From Octopus sinensis (taxonomy: Eukaryota), in NCBI RefSeq assembly GCF_006345805.1, contig NC_043023.1:15066001-15130000 (forward strand): a stretch of DNA of 64,000 nucleotides. The letters are read 5' to 3'. The translations under genes were made by a program, and so were the position numbers. Below are positions 44,644 through 56,278 of this stretch, piece by piece. The notes beneath the pieces were generated by a model. It was not told where the DNA came from, made no database searches, and was given only the letters and a program-made list of their open reading frames with translations. How positions within the stretch are numbered: position 1 is the first letter of the stretch; each line of letters begins with the position of its first letter.

Positions 44644-46160
44644 TCTCTGCTTGGAATCGAACTCGGAATAGTAGCCTGTGCTCTTAACCACTACGCCATA
44701 TGATCATCTCTATTTTTATTGAGTAACTAGCAGTATCGCCCGGCGTTGCTCGGGTTTGTAAGGGAAATAACTATAAAGCATTTTTAGAGAGTTATAGCCA
44801 AAAAATGGAAAAAAAATGATGGTAAATTTTTTTTTAGTTAAAAAGGTCGAGTTGCGTCCCCTAGACAGTCTGTGGTTTTTTTTTCTGATTCTCGACCCCA
44901 TGTCGAATTTATCGATTTTTTTCAGAACTGGGGGAACTTTTCAAAATTTTCGCTGCGTTAGTTTTGAATTATGACATTGGGCTATGTGTGTGTCAAGTTT
45001 CATCAGAATCGGTTGAAAGCCGTGGTCAGGGTGAGGGTACAACCAAACAGACACACAGAAACACACACAGACAAACTGCCATTTTTATATAGAGAGATTT
45101 TTAGTCAAACTAATCGATCCCAGTACTTTATTTTTTAAGCCACGCACTTATTCTATCAATCTATTTTGCCAAACTGCTAAGTTACAGAAACATAAACACA
45201 CCAACACTGCAGTTCTGTATTTAAGAGATGAGGAGTTATGTACATTTATTTACATTCTCTTTTACTCTTTTACTTGTTTCAGTCATTTGACTGCGGCCAT
45301 GCTGGAGCACCGCTTTTATAGTCGAGCAAATCAACCCCAGAGTTTATTCTTTGTAAGCCTAGTACTAATTCTATCGGTCTCTTTTGCCAAATTGCTAAGT
45401 TACAGGGACGTAAACACACCAGCAGCAGATGTCAAGCAATGCTAGGGGGACAAACACAGACATACAAACATATATACGATGGGCTTCTTTCAGTTTCCAT
45501 CTACCAAATCCACTCACATGGCTTTTGTCGGCCCGAGACTATAGTAGAAGACACTTGCCCAAGATGCCACGCAGTGGGACTGAACCCGGAACCATGTGGT
45601 TGGTAAGCAAGCTACTTACCACACAGCCACTCCTACGCCTTATTTACATTCGACAGATATTTGTCCTCATCTTTGTTGTTAACAACGTTTTGGCTGTGTG
45701 ATAAGTAGCTTGCTTACCAACCACATGGTCCCGGGTTCAGTCCCACTGCGTGGCATCTTGGGCAAGTGTCTTCTGCTATAGCCTTGAGTTGACCAAAGCC
45801 TTGTGAGTGGATTTGGTAGACGGAAACTGGAAGAAGCCCATCGTATATATATATATATATATATGTGTATATGTATGTGTGCATATGTTTGTGTGTCTGT
45901 TTGTCCCCTCAGCATTGCTTGACATCTGCTGCTGTGTTTACGTCCCTGTAACTCTCTCTGTGGGATGAAGTTAAAATGATAGACAGAGAACACCACTGGA
46001 AAATACGAAAACTAAAAGAAGCAGCACATATTCTAGGACACAATAACCTCCTAAGCAGACTATGTGCAGATATGAGCAGCATATGGGAACCGGTATTAAG
46101 GAAGGATAGGAGAATATTAGATTTATAAGCCCTAAAATTCACTCAATAATTACCCACATG

Positions 46161-46356
46161 CATATGGCGTAGTGGTTAAGAGCACAGGCTACTAACCCCA
46201 AGATTCTGAGTTCGATTCCAAGCACTAACAATAATAATAATAATAATAACATTGAAAAATACCTTAGGAATGAGAACCCAGGTTCAAAATTTCCCCAAGA
46301 CACCTGAAGAAGGCTGGAGGTATATCAGCCGAAACACTGTGTTAACAACAAACAAG
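46161..46356 (+). mobile_element. SINE family E: tRNA head + (AAT)n + hammerhead-like body (other pieces 11780-11943, 12060-12245, 44597-44702, 45205-45255, 45650-45697)
   Basis: A box TGGCGTAGTGG (46165-46175), B box AGTTCGATTCC, then a shared body with CTGA(T/A)GA-GGCTG-loop-CAGCC-GAAA. Confidence 0.7.
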
Positions 46357-46538
46357 TTATCGCCAAGCTAACATGGCAGTCCAGAAAAATAGGACGAATG
46401 CTGCTGTTGATTAGCTCCTTCGAACAGGAGAGGTCAGCAGCTTCCCCTTGCTGGTCTGGCATCCACAGACTAGTTTTGAGGTGGTTGCCTCTTATCAATG
46501 TGGAGTAGCCGAACCCTGCAAGCGTCGCTTAAATAGAG

Positions 46539-46682
46539 AATACCAAACTCATTCCCTATGGATACCGTATTTATTACAACTCATGGCTTGTAAACGTATC
46601 TAAGTCGCTTTCGCTCGTTAGATACGTTTACAAGCCACGAGTTGTAATAAATACGGTATCCATAGGGAATGAGTTTGGTATT
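46539..46682. repeat. Near-perfect palindrome, 65-bp arms and a 14-nt loop
   Basis: 46539-46603 versus 46618-46682, one mismatch. Confidence 0.92.
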
Positions 46683-46776
46683 TTATTTATTACACACGAA
46701 TAAACGACCATATTTTATTAACCCAATAACTAAATTCTTCACGTTTAGTTGTAACTTATGAATGACAAAAGTAGTG

Positions 46777-46935
46777 CCGTCACCATGACCTTGGGTCATC
46801 ACCATGAATTGACCAATCAGAAGCAGCGCTGTCACCGTGACCTCGGGTCATCACCATGGATTGACCAACCAGAAGCAGCGCTGTCACCGTGACCTCGGGT
46901 CATCACCATGGATTGACCAATCAGAAGCAGCGCTC
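46777..46935. repeat. Three ~50-bp tandem repeats containing TGACCAA(T/C)CAG
   Basis: Direct reading. Confidence 0.85.
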
Positions 46936-47779
46936 GCAGTATCTGACATATGTTAGATACCAAAAATATCTCAAAGTGTTCTCACTCACATGTGTGTAAT
47001 AAATCTTTATTATAGGCACAATGGCCCGAATTAAGAGGGGACATTACAATACAGGACATGGGGTACATATAATAAAAAAATCAAAAAGGATGGTATGACA
47101 ATGAATTAAATGGAATGTCTTATGAGCCCCCCAAAGCTCGCAGTTTCATTTACAATTACAATTGCGTTATTCAGGGCTCTCATCTGTGGAATGGAAGCAC
47201 TCCATCGGTTACGACGACGAGGGTTCCAGTTGATCCGAATCAACGGAACAGCCTGCTCGTGAAATTAACGTGTAAGTGGCTGAGCACTCCACAGACACGT
47301 GTACCCTTAATGTAGTTCTCGGGGATATTCAGCGGGACACAGAGAGTGACAAGGCCGGCCCTTTGAAATACAGGTACAACAGAAACAGGAAGTAAGAGTG
47401 AGAGAAAGTTGTGGCGAAAGAGTACAGCAGGGATCACCACCATCCCCTGCCGGAGCCTCGTGGAGCTTTAGGTGTTTTCGCTCAATAAACACCCACAACG
47501 CCCGGTCTGGGAATCGAAACCGCGATCCTATGACCGCGAGTCCACTGCCCTAACCACTGGGCCATTGTGCCTCCACATCTCATCCGTAATGTACTCGAGT
47601 AACTTCTCCTGTTCTATTATACCTGGCAACCAGTCATACTGAATGTATTTCATTACGCATACAGGTGTATACACATTTTTCAGTTTCCTTACTGTCTCTA
47701 TTTCTACAATCGCCGCCTTCACTTGGTCACCAAATATCCTCGGGTTCAACTTCACTCTAATTAGACTTTTCATATTTGA

Positions 47780-48162
47780 TAATAATAATAATGAAATTAT
47801 TGTATACAGTGCTCAGGTGCACCACAACTTGTCAAAAGTGCATATAAAGCATATGCAGTAACGTACAAATGTCTGGGAAGTGAACAGTGTATGAGTCAGA
47901 TACATGCTTGTGTGTGTATGGAGGGGAGAAAATCAGGGGTAGTGTTGGTGAATCTCAGAAAGCATGGAAGTTTTGAAGGATGCAGTGCTCCAACAACTAA
48001 CAACTGATGCCGGCAGTTTGTTCCACGCTTCAGCAACTCTCAGCGTGAAAAAATGTTTCCTGAAGTCATGGGAGCTGTGCTGTTTTCTTACTTTGTAAAT
48101 ATGTCCACGGGTGTTAGATGGGTGGAGTTTGAAGAGGTGCTCAGAGTTATTGTTTGTGCGGT
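47780..48162 (-). mobile_element. CR1-like LINE 3' end, related to 16815-17497
   Basis: Shared tacagtgctcaggtgcac end and gtcatgggagctgtg segment; (TTA)n tail. Confidence 0.75.
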
Positions 48163-49360
48163 GGTTGCCAACCTCTTCTCAATTTCCTTGTCCTTCTTGT
48201 ACAATATTATAGCTTCAAGATTTCTTCCTTTTGGTTTTCCTCCTTCCTTACATATTTTCAGCTGTTCTTCTACTCTTCTATCCCATTCTTCCGTTACCTG
48301 ACAATTTGAAACTTCACTCACTTTCGTTTCTGTATCTTTCTCTTCGTGTGTTCGATTCTCTATCTCGTTGGTAGACTTCTTTCTAGCTTTTTTCTTTTTT
48401 TGTTTTGGGTGGTGATTCTACCCGCATTCTCTTCTGTTCTTTCCTTTTCTTTCTCCTTCACCAACTCGTCACCACTTCCCACATTATCTGTAGTCACGAT
48501 TTCGTCTTCCACATTCGCCTTCTGTAACTCCTCTGTCAAAGCCTCCAGTGTTATCGTTTTCTCTTGTACTTCTCTTAGCGGACACATATCCTTCATGTGG
48601 CCTCTAATTTTGCATTTCTAACACACTGGGGGTCTCCCCTCCACCACGACTCTGAGACGTGTCTCGTCGGGGAACACCAACTCCTCTGGGATGTTATACA
48701 GGTCTGGCATGGTTATGTGAACCAAAGCCTGCACCGCATAACCCCACCACTTTACTTCTTTCGACTTTTCTACCTTCAGTATGTCGACACTCTCTTTGCA
48801 GTTGAATACTATTGCCGCTACAATTCTTTCCATGTTCAGTTCCGGTGGAATTTTGCTGATTCGTATTCTCACTGCTCTCTTTCCACAATAGTTAGGTAGT
48901 AACACCCATTTTTCAGTTTTCAATATTTTCGTGGCGTTCCTCTTTGTTTTCAAAATGAACGACTACTGTTGCGTATTTTCTACCTCTATTGTAGAATGTA
49001 GTTTCTCCTTCAATTCCCTGTAGACACCTCTCGATTTCCTCCACCTCTGCCACTTCTATTCTCTTCGAAGCCACGTGCCACGTTCTGTATGTTATAGTAC
49101 GCTTCTCTGCTTCTTTCGCTTCGTCTTCGGGTGGTGTGACCCTCAGGCAAGCACCCTCCTTCTTGAAGCTGTTGAAGTATTTCTTTAAACTCTCCTTCTC
49201 GACGACCACTTCCTCCAACTGCAGTTCGCATAAGTTTGGGCTTGCATACCCAACGAAAACTCCAACAATTCACCTCGCCGTAACAGCTTCCACCAACGAA
49301 TTCGAACTCACAACCGCAATACACAATAACCGTAACACAAAAACCCAGCAGGCGTAGCTG
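48163..49360 (-). pseudogene. Decayed LINE ORF1 (gag-like) with a CCHC zinc knuckle
   Basis: VVVEGRPPVC*KCKIRGHMKDMC gives CX2CX4HX4C; stops and frameshifts across ORFs 48913-49218, 48618-48953, 48360-48596 and 48088-48321. Confidence 0.7.
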
Positions 49361-50638
49361 CCGACCGACTGTACAAAGGATTATTTACCTAAATTCAGTG
49401 GAATACATCCACTGGTTTTCAAAAATAGAAATATATCTATTTCTAATTCTCTCTAAAGGAGACTTCGGCAGCAGTACTGGATATTAACAGTTATCACCAA
49501 GTTAACATGGCAGTCCAGAAAAATAGGACGAATGCTGCTGTTGATTAGCACCAAGAAGCTATCGCCTCTAGCTTGCTATGTGACACACAAATCTGTGTCC
49601 ATTATAACTATATATAGCTTCAAATGAAACATTTATAATAATTAAAGAATAAAATAACTTTATTTTTGTTTCAACTTGTTAAATTCATTCACAAAAATTG
49701 ATGAAATCAGATTTCCGTAAAAAATGAGCATGTTGTATCATTTTTGCATGGGTTACACAAAGGTACATGTTTGGTTAAGTAGGGTAGGTGCCGCCTGACT
49801 GGCACCTGTGCCACTGACAAGTAAAAATCACCATCCAATTGTAGTCATTGCCAATCCCATCTGACTGGCTTCCATGTAAAAAGTACGCACTACACTCACG
49901 GAGTGGTTGGTGTTAGGAAGGGCATCCAGCCGTAGAAACCTTGCCAGAACGGATTGGAACCTGGTGCCACCTCCTGGCTTGCCAGTCGGCAGTCAATGTT
50001 TGTGTCATCACTATAATTTTTGGCTGAATGTTCTGCATATAAAACTACAGACAAATAATTAAAGAGTAAAATAACTTTATTTTTGTTTCAACTTGTTAAA
50101 TTTATTCACAAAAATTGATGAAATCAGATTTCGGGAATTTAGGAAAAATAAGCATGCTGTATCATTTTTGCATGGGTTACACAAAGGGACATGTTTGGAT
50201 AAGTAGGGTAGGGGTAAGGCTTGTGTAAAGTATATTGCAGTCTCCCCCAAAACAGTAACAAACAGCAATAAACCACCAGCTTGGACTGGGAGATGTGGTG
50301 CAGTAGCACAAAGGGTGCAGATCCTGGGACCCCTGAGTGTGTCCGGCAGAGGATAACTGATCATGGCTGGGAACTGGAGTGTAATACATTTGTGTCAAAA
50401 TAATATATCCTCAAGAAAACAGAGCAAATTAATATAATCAATATTGTTTGAATAAAAAACACAAATCGTAATTAGTGAGTTGATGCAAATGAGGAAAATG
50501 TGAAAAATGAATTTATTTTGTAAAAAGTAATACATTTGCTGTATTTTATTCAGCAGGACATCTGTTTTATCATTGATATTGTTATTGATCAATATGAATA
50601 AGTATATGTTTAGTTAAGGTAGATTATTGAAAGAATGA

Positions 50639-51111
50639 CTTAGGGTGGAAGATATTAAGCGACTAGAATCCTTCGATCACCTCTGTCTACGCTGCATCCT
50701 TCGTGTCTGATGGCATCACTTTGTCTCCAACAATTCGGTGCGACACCAGTGCAAAATCACCTCCCTCCAACAAGTCGTCCTAACAAGACGTCTGCGTTGG
50801 CTGGGTCAGACCCTCCATCATCAACCAGGAGAATTTATCTACGAAGCAATTGCCCCAGCTCCCCTTCAGGGTTGGCGAAAGCGATGTGGTGGACAACGGA
50901 AAACCTGGCTGATGACAGTCAAGGCTGATCTGGAACTCAACATAGGCCCCCATATCTATGGCGTTCACCGCTAGAATAAGGAGTGGTTTGAGATCATGCA
51001 GTCCTTAGCCTCAAATCGCCAGGTCTGGTCGGTGTTTGTGAGAGATGCAGCATTGAGGATGAATGAAGCCAGCTCAACCCACCCCGGGTGAATGCTGTCT
51101 CAAGACTCAAG
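50639..51111 (+). mobile_element. RTE-type LINE 3' fragment with an 8-bp TSD in the 3' region of the left ZNF gene
   Basis: Translation RRLRWLGQTL...GGQRKTW; TSD aagaatga (50631-50638, 51112-51119); empty site in the right paralog near 62210. Confidence 0.85.
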
Positions 51112-51149
51112 AAGAATGATTTAGCACAGACAACACAGTCCTATTAACC

Positions 51150-52856
51150 TTATCCTGTATGAATATGTTTATGTCTAGTTAAGTGGTTTCTCTGAGAGAA
51201 TGATTTACCACAGATATCACACTGATATGGTTTCTCTCCTGTATGAATGGATTTGTGTCTATTCAAATTACCGATCTGAGAGAACGATCTACCACAGATA
51301 TCACAGCAATGTGGCTTCTCTCCTGTGTGAATACGTCTGTGTTCAGCTAACACATATTTTCCAGAGAATAACTGGCCACAGAACTCACAGTGATATGGTT
51401 TCCCTCCCATATGAACATATTCATGAGACACAGGGGAGCTTTTCAAAGAGAATGACTTTCCACAGACCTCAAAGTGATCAGCTAACTTATTGCTTTCAGA
51501 GAATGATTTTCCACATATCTCACAGCAATGTGGCTTCTCTTCAGTGTGAGTATATTTATGAGAAGTAAGATTATAACTTAGACCAAAAGATCTGTCACCA
51601 ATATCATCACATTGATATCGTTTCTCTCCTATATGAATAAGTTTGTGAGAAGCAAAATTACTTCTGAAAGAGAAAGTTTTGCCACAAATATCACAGTGAT
51701 ATCGTTTCTCTCCTGTGTGAGTATATTTGTGAGAAGTAAGGGTACTCTTTTGAGAAAATGACTTTCCACAGATATCACAGTGATATCGCTTCTCTCCTGT
51801 ATGAATATATTTATGAGAAGTAAGATTACCTCTTTGAGAGAAAGATCTGCTACATATATCACACTGATATCGTTTCTCTCCTGTGTGAATGTATTTATGA
51901 GACGTAAGGGTACTCTTACGAGGGAATGACTTTCCACAGATATCACACTGATATTGCTTCTCTCCTGTATGAATATATTTGTGAGAAATAAGCGTACTTT
52001 TGCGAGGGAATGACTTTTCACAGATATCACACTGATATTGTTTCTCTCCTGTATGAATAAGTTTGTGAGAAGTAAGCGTACTCTTGTGAGAGAATGATTC
52101 TCCACAGATATCACACTGATATGGTTTCTCACCTGTATGAATGGATTCATGAGAATTAAGGGTACTCTTTTGAGAGAAAGACTTTCCACAGATATCACAG
52201 TGATATCGCTTCTCTCCTGTGTGAGTATATTTGTGAGAAGTAAGGGTACTCTTACGAAGGAATTTCTTTCCACAGATATCACACTGATATCGTTTTTCTC
52301 CTGTGTGAATATATTTGTGAGAAGTAAGGGTACTCTTTTGAGAGAATGTTTTGCCACAGATATCACAGTGATATCGCTTCTCTCCTGTATGAATGTATTT
52401 ATGAGACGTAAGATTACCTCTTTGAGAGAAAGATCTATCACAGATATCACACTGATATCGTTTTTCTCCTGTGTGAATGTATTTATGAGATGTAAGATTG
52501 CTTCTTTGAGAGAAAGATCTGCTACAGATATCACACTGATATCGTTTCTCTCCTGTATGAATATATTTGTGAGAAATTAGGTTACCCTTGCGAGGGAATG
52601 ACTTGCCACAGATATCACAGTGATATGGCTTCTCTCCTTTACAAATATGTTTGTGTTTAATGAAATTCCTCTGAGTAGAGAAAGACTTTTTACAGATATC
52701 ACAATCATATGAAGTTTTGTTTCTTTCTATTGTCATCTCATCAGAAAACAAGCCATCCTTTACATGACTCACAGAACTCATTGTTCTGGATTTCTTATAC
52801 AACCACAAGTGATATAGTTCTTGTTTTCTGTGGTATATATTTCTATATTGTTTCAA
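51150..52856 (-). CDS. C2H2 zinc-finger array protein, 568-aa ORF: 15 canonical fingers, 1 C2HC finger, 2-3 degenerate fingers; true start uncertain
   Basis: Tandem CxxC-x12-HxxxH units with TGEK(P/R) linkers; no KRAB, SCAN or ZAD domain seen. Confidence 0.88.
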   Translation of the reverse strand: MKQYRNIYHRKQELYHLWLYKKSRTMSSVSHVKDGLFSDEMTIERNKTSYDCDICKKSFSTQRNFIKHKHICKGEKPYHCDICGKSFPRKGNLISHKYIHTGEKRYQCDICSRSFSQRSNLTSHKYIHTGEKRYQCDICDRSFSQRGNLTSHKYIHTGEKRYHCDICGKTFSQKSTLTSHKYIHTGEKRYQCDICGKKFLRKSTLTSHKYTHTGEKRYHCDICGKSFSQKSTLNSHESIHTGEKPYQCDICGESFSHKSTLTSHKLIHTGEKQYQCDICEKSFPRKSTLISHKYIHTGEKQYQCDICGKSFPRKSTLTSHKYIHTGEKRYQCDICSRSFSQRGNLTSHKYIHTGEKRYHCDICGKSFSQKSTLTSHKYTHTGEKRYHCDICGKTFSFRSNFASHKLIHIGEKRYQCDDIGDRSFGLSYNLTSHKYTHTEEKPHCCEICGKSFSESNKLADHFEVCGKSFSLKSSPVSHEYVHMGGKPYHCEFCGQLFSGKYVLAEHRRIHTGEKPHCCDICGRSFSQIGNLNRHKSIHTGEKPYQCDICGKSFSQRNHLTRHKHIHTG

Positions 52857-53916
52857 ATACTTCTACTGCAATATTTCCAACAGCAATTCTGACTTTTGTC
52901 AATATCTGAAGATTTCTCAAAGTTCAAGTCGAATGTAAAGTACTTTTGTAAATATTCCAGGCAATGCAGAAAACAAAATGCTGCTATGAATTTAGAAGAA
53001 ATATTTCTCAGGTATCCACCATAGATATATCATACGAACAGGGTTACAATCATTATTTATAGCATCTTCTTCTCGTGTTCAAAGCATAATCAATATTAAC
53101 GATGTATCTGCAGTAAAAACCCGTGTATGGCAGAGCGTCAGAGGTTCTGAAATGATAGAGAAAATATTTAAAAAGTAGAGATTCAACAATTGGAAATATT
53201 ACTACATTTTCATAATGATAAACTTTCGATATCAACTTTTACCTGAATAATTGGTCTTTACTATCATCATTATCATCATCATCATCATCATTTAACGTCC
53301 GTTCTCCATGCTAGCATGGGTTGGACGGTTTGACCGGGGATCTGGTAAGCCAGGAGGCTGCACCAGGCTCCGGTCTTATCTGGCAGAGTTTCTACGGCTG
53401 GATGCCCTTCCTAATGCCAACCACTCCGTGAGTGTAGTGGGTGCTTTTTACGTGCCACCTGCACTGGTGCCAGGCGAGGCTGGCAACGGCCACGGTCGGA
53501 TTGGTGCAATTTATGGAAGCCAGTCAAGGCGGCACTGGCTTCGGCTACGATTCGGATGGTGCTTTTTACGTGCCACCGTGACACTATATATTTTGTTATT
53601 GATCACTGTTGTTCAGTTCCTGGTCATTCCCGACTGAGCAGATTTATCAAAATTAGGTTTTTATAACACATCAAACAACAGTGTAATATTCACCCACCAC
53701 GAATTTCCCCTCTTTACCTCTCCATCGCCCATGGTAACCGGCACTGTCCATGCTTTTAGTTGCCAGAAGTGAAAGTCGTCAACTTCGTGTATTTCCGTCA
53801 GGTTTTATACCTTCGTTAATTTACGCCGTTTATTTACGTACCACCACGCTGTTAGGTTTATAAAGTTTATAAATAAACATTTCATTCCATGTTCTGTTAA
53901 ACTTTATAAATAAATA

Positions 53917-54443
53917 GGCGATCTTTCGTCTCTAGTAGACCTTTCCGTCGATTTCCGTAAAAAACATTTTTTTTTTTTTACATATGGGCTTGCGGGAACT
54001 TTTGAAGTTCACACACACACACATGTACATCAATGCTCCCATGCACGGTAACTTCAAAAGAACTTCCCTCGTCAAATAATCGCTTTCTCTTAGTCTCTTT
54101 CGCTCTCATTACTTCAAAAGTTCCCGCAAGCCCATATGTAAAAAAAAAAATGTTTTTTACGGAAATCGACGGAAAGGTCTACTAGAGACGAAAGATCGCC
54201 AATAAAATATATTCTTGCATTATTCATTATTGTTTTTAAAAAAGAAATCACACCAAATCTGCACAAATGACCACCACCACCGCGATCACATACACCAATT
54301 GAAGTTCAGTTCAAAGTTTATAAATAAATACATTTCCAACAAGTGTCCTAACTCATTTCAGAATGCTCTGTTTAACCAAGAGGTGTGTGACCAATTGAAG
54401 TACTCGAGTGGATTTGGTAGAAGGAAACTGAAAAAAGCCCGTC

Positions 54444-54507
<64 letters not shown>

Positions 54508-56278
54508 GTGTGTGTATATGTGTGTGTGGTTGTTCCCCACCCACCCAACATCGCTTGACAACCGATGCGGGTGTGTTTACGTCCGCGTAACTTCGCGGTT
54601 CGGCAAAAGATCCGATAGAATAAGTACTAGGCTTACAAAGAATAAGTCCTGGGTTCGATTTGCTCGACTATAAAGGCGGTGCTCCAGCATGGCCGCAGTC
54701 AAATGACTGAAACAAGTAAAAGACTAAAAAAAAGAATATCTTACCTGCTAAGGTTAATTATTAATCAGTGTTTTCATGCGAAAACAATATCTTTTATTAG
54801 ACAAAGGAACGATCAAATAATCCCGAAGTTGTGTACATCATTCCGTTATGCATTTGTCAGATACTAAAAGGAAGTTTACGATTTTTAGCTGTAGTCATTC
54901 GAGAATGGAGACTGGAGGATCAGAAATGCTAGAATATGTTTTGAAGTATTAAACCTCGAAAAAGTTCAGGACTAGAACAGCAGAAACACAAAATATTCCT
55001 TCTGAAGTTAGAATTTCCGGCGGAAATTGTTAATTCCAGCAGCAAGGTGCCCCTTCCCTGCATATAACTCCTCATGGCTTTGTTATTATTTTGGGGGAAA
55101 TTCTCAGAAAATTTTTTTCTATACAAGGGAAATTATACAGCTATGATAATTTTTTTGGTACTATTTTTTTGGTCCCGGTGCGCGCACTCGCGTACTCGCG
55201 CAACCGCACTGGCTAGTCGTGACTAGTCGATCCTTACCTTGTGTGAAAAAATTATTTATTTTGTGTTTTATTTACTTTGCCAGGCAACGTTCTAGGATCG
55301 ACTAGTCACGACTAGCTAGTGCGGATGCGTGAGTACGCGAGTGCGCGCACCGGGACCACCCTTCTTAAATAGTACCCAAAAAATTATCATAGCTGTATAA
55401 TTTCCCTTGTATAGAAAAAAATTTCACAAAAAAGTTTCTGAGAATTCCCCACAAAATAAACCAAGCCATGAGGAGTTATATGCAGGGAAGGGGCACCTTG
55501 CTGCTGGAATTAACAATTTCCGCCGGAAATTCTAACTTCAGAAGGAATATTTTGTGTTTCTGCTGTTCTAGTCCTGAACTTTTTCGAGGTTTAATACTTC
55601 AAAACATATTCTAGCATTTCTGATCCTCCAGTCTCCATTCTCGAATGACTACAGCTAAAAATCGTAAACTTCCTTTTAGTATCTGACAAATGCATAACGG
55701 AATGATGTACACAACTTTGGGAATATTTGTTCCTTTCCTTGACTCCCCGTTTGATGGTTCCTTTGTCTAATAAAAGATATTGTTTTCGCATGAAAACACT
55801 GATTAATGATATACCATAGCAGGTAAGATATTCTTTTTTTTGGCAATCTTTCGTCTCTAGTAGACCTTTCCGTCGATTTCCGTAAAAAACATTTTTTTTT
55901 TTTACATATGGGCTTGCGGGAACTTTTGAAGTAATGAGAGCGAAAGAGACTAAGAGAAAGCGATTGTATGACGAGGGAAGTTCTTTTGAAGTTACCGTGC
56001 ATGGGAGCATTGATGTATATGTGTGTGTGTGTGTGTGTTTGATGGGGTGTGGGAGACAGACAGTATGTTGTGTAAGTGAAGTGCTTCTGTTAGTGTGTGA
56101 AGAGACAGAGTAATGTGTAAAAGAAAGAGATAACTGAAATTTTTTACTCGGTGTATATGTATGTATATTACTTCAAAAGTTCCCGCAAGCCCATATGTAA
56201 AAAAAAGAAAATTTTTTACGGAAAGGTCTACTAGAGACGAAAGATAGCCCAATAATGAATAATACAAGAATATTTTTA
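53917..56278. mobile_element. 2.36-kb composite foldback insertion in the left arm (MITE-like ends, long internal palindrome)
   Basis: Removing it restores ...ataaata|ggttaatatagggcg, as in the right arm near 58000. TIR-bearing modules at 53917-54200 and 55842-56248; inner palindrome arms end at 55234 and begin at 55294. Confidence 0.65.

Noticed and set aside
51200-52580. Alternative-frame and antisense ORFs over the ZNF arrays (for example 51629-52534, 59218-59925, 60667-61296)
   Set aside because: Expected shadows of an 84-bp periodic coding repeat.
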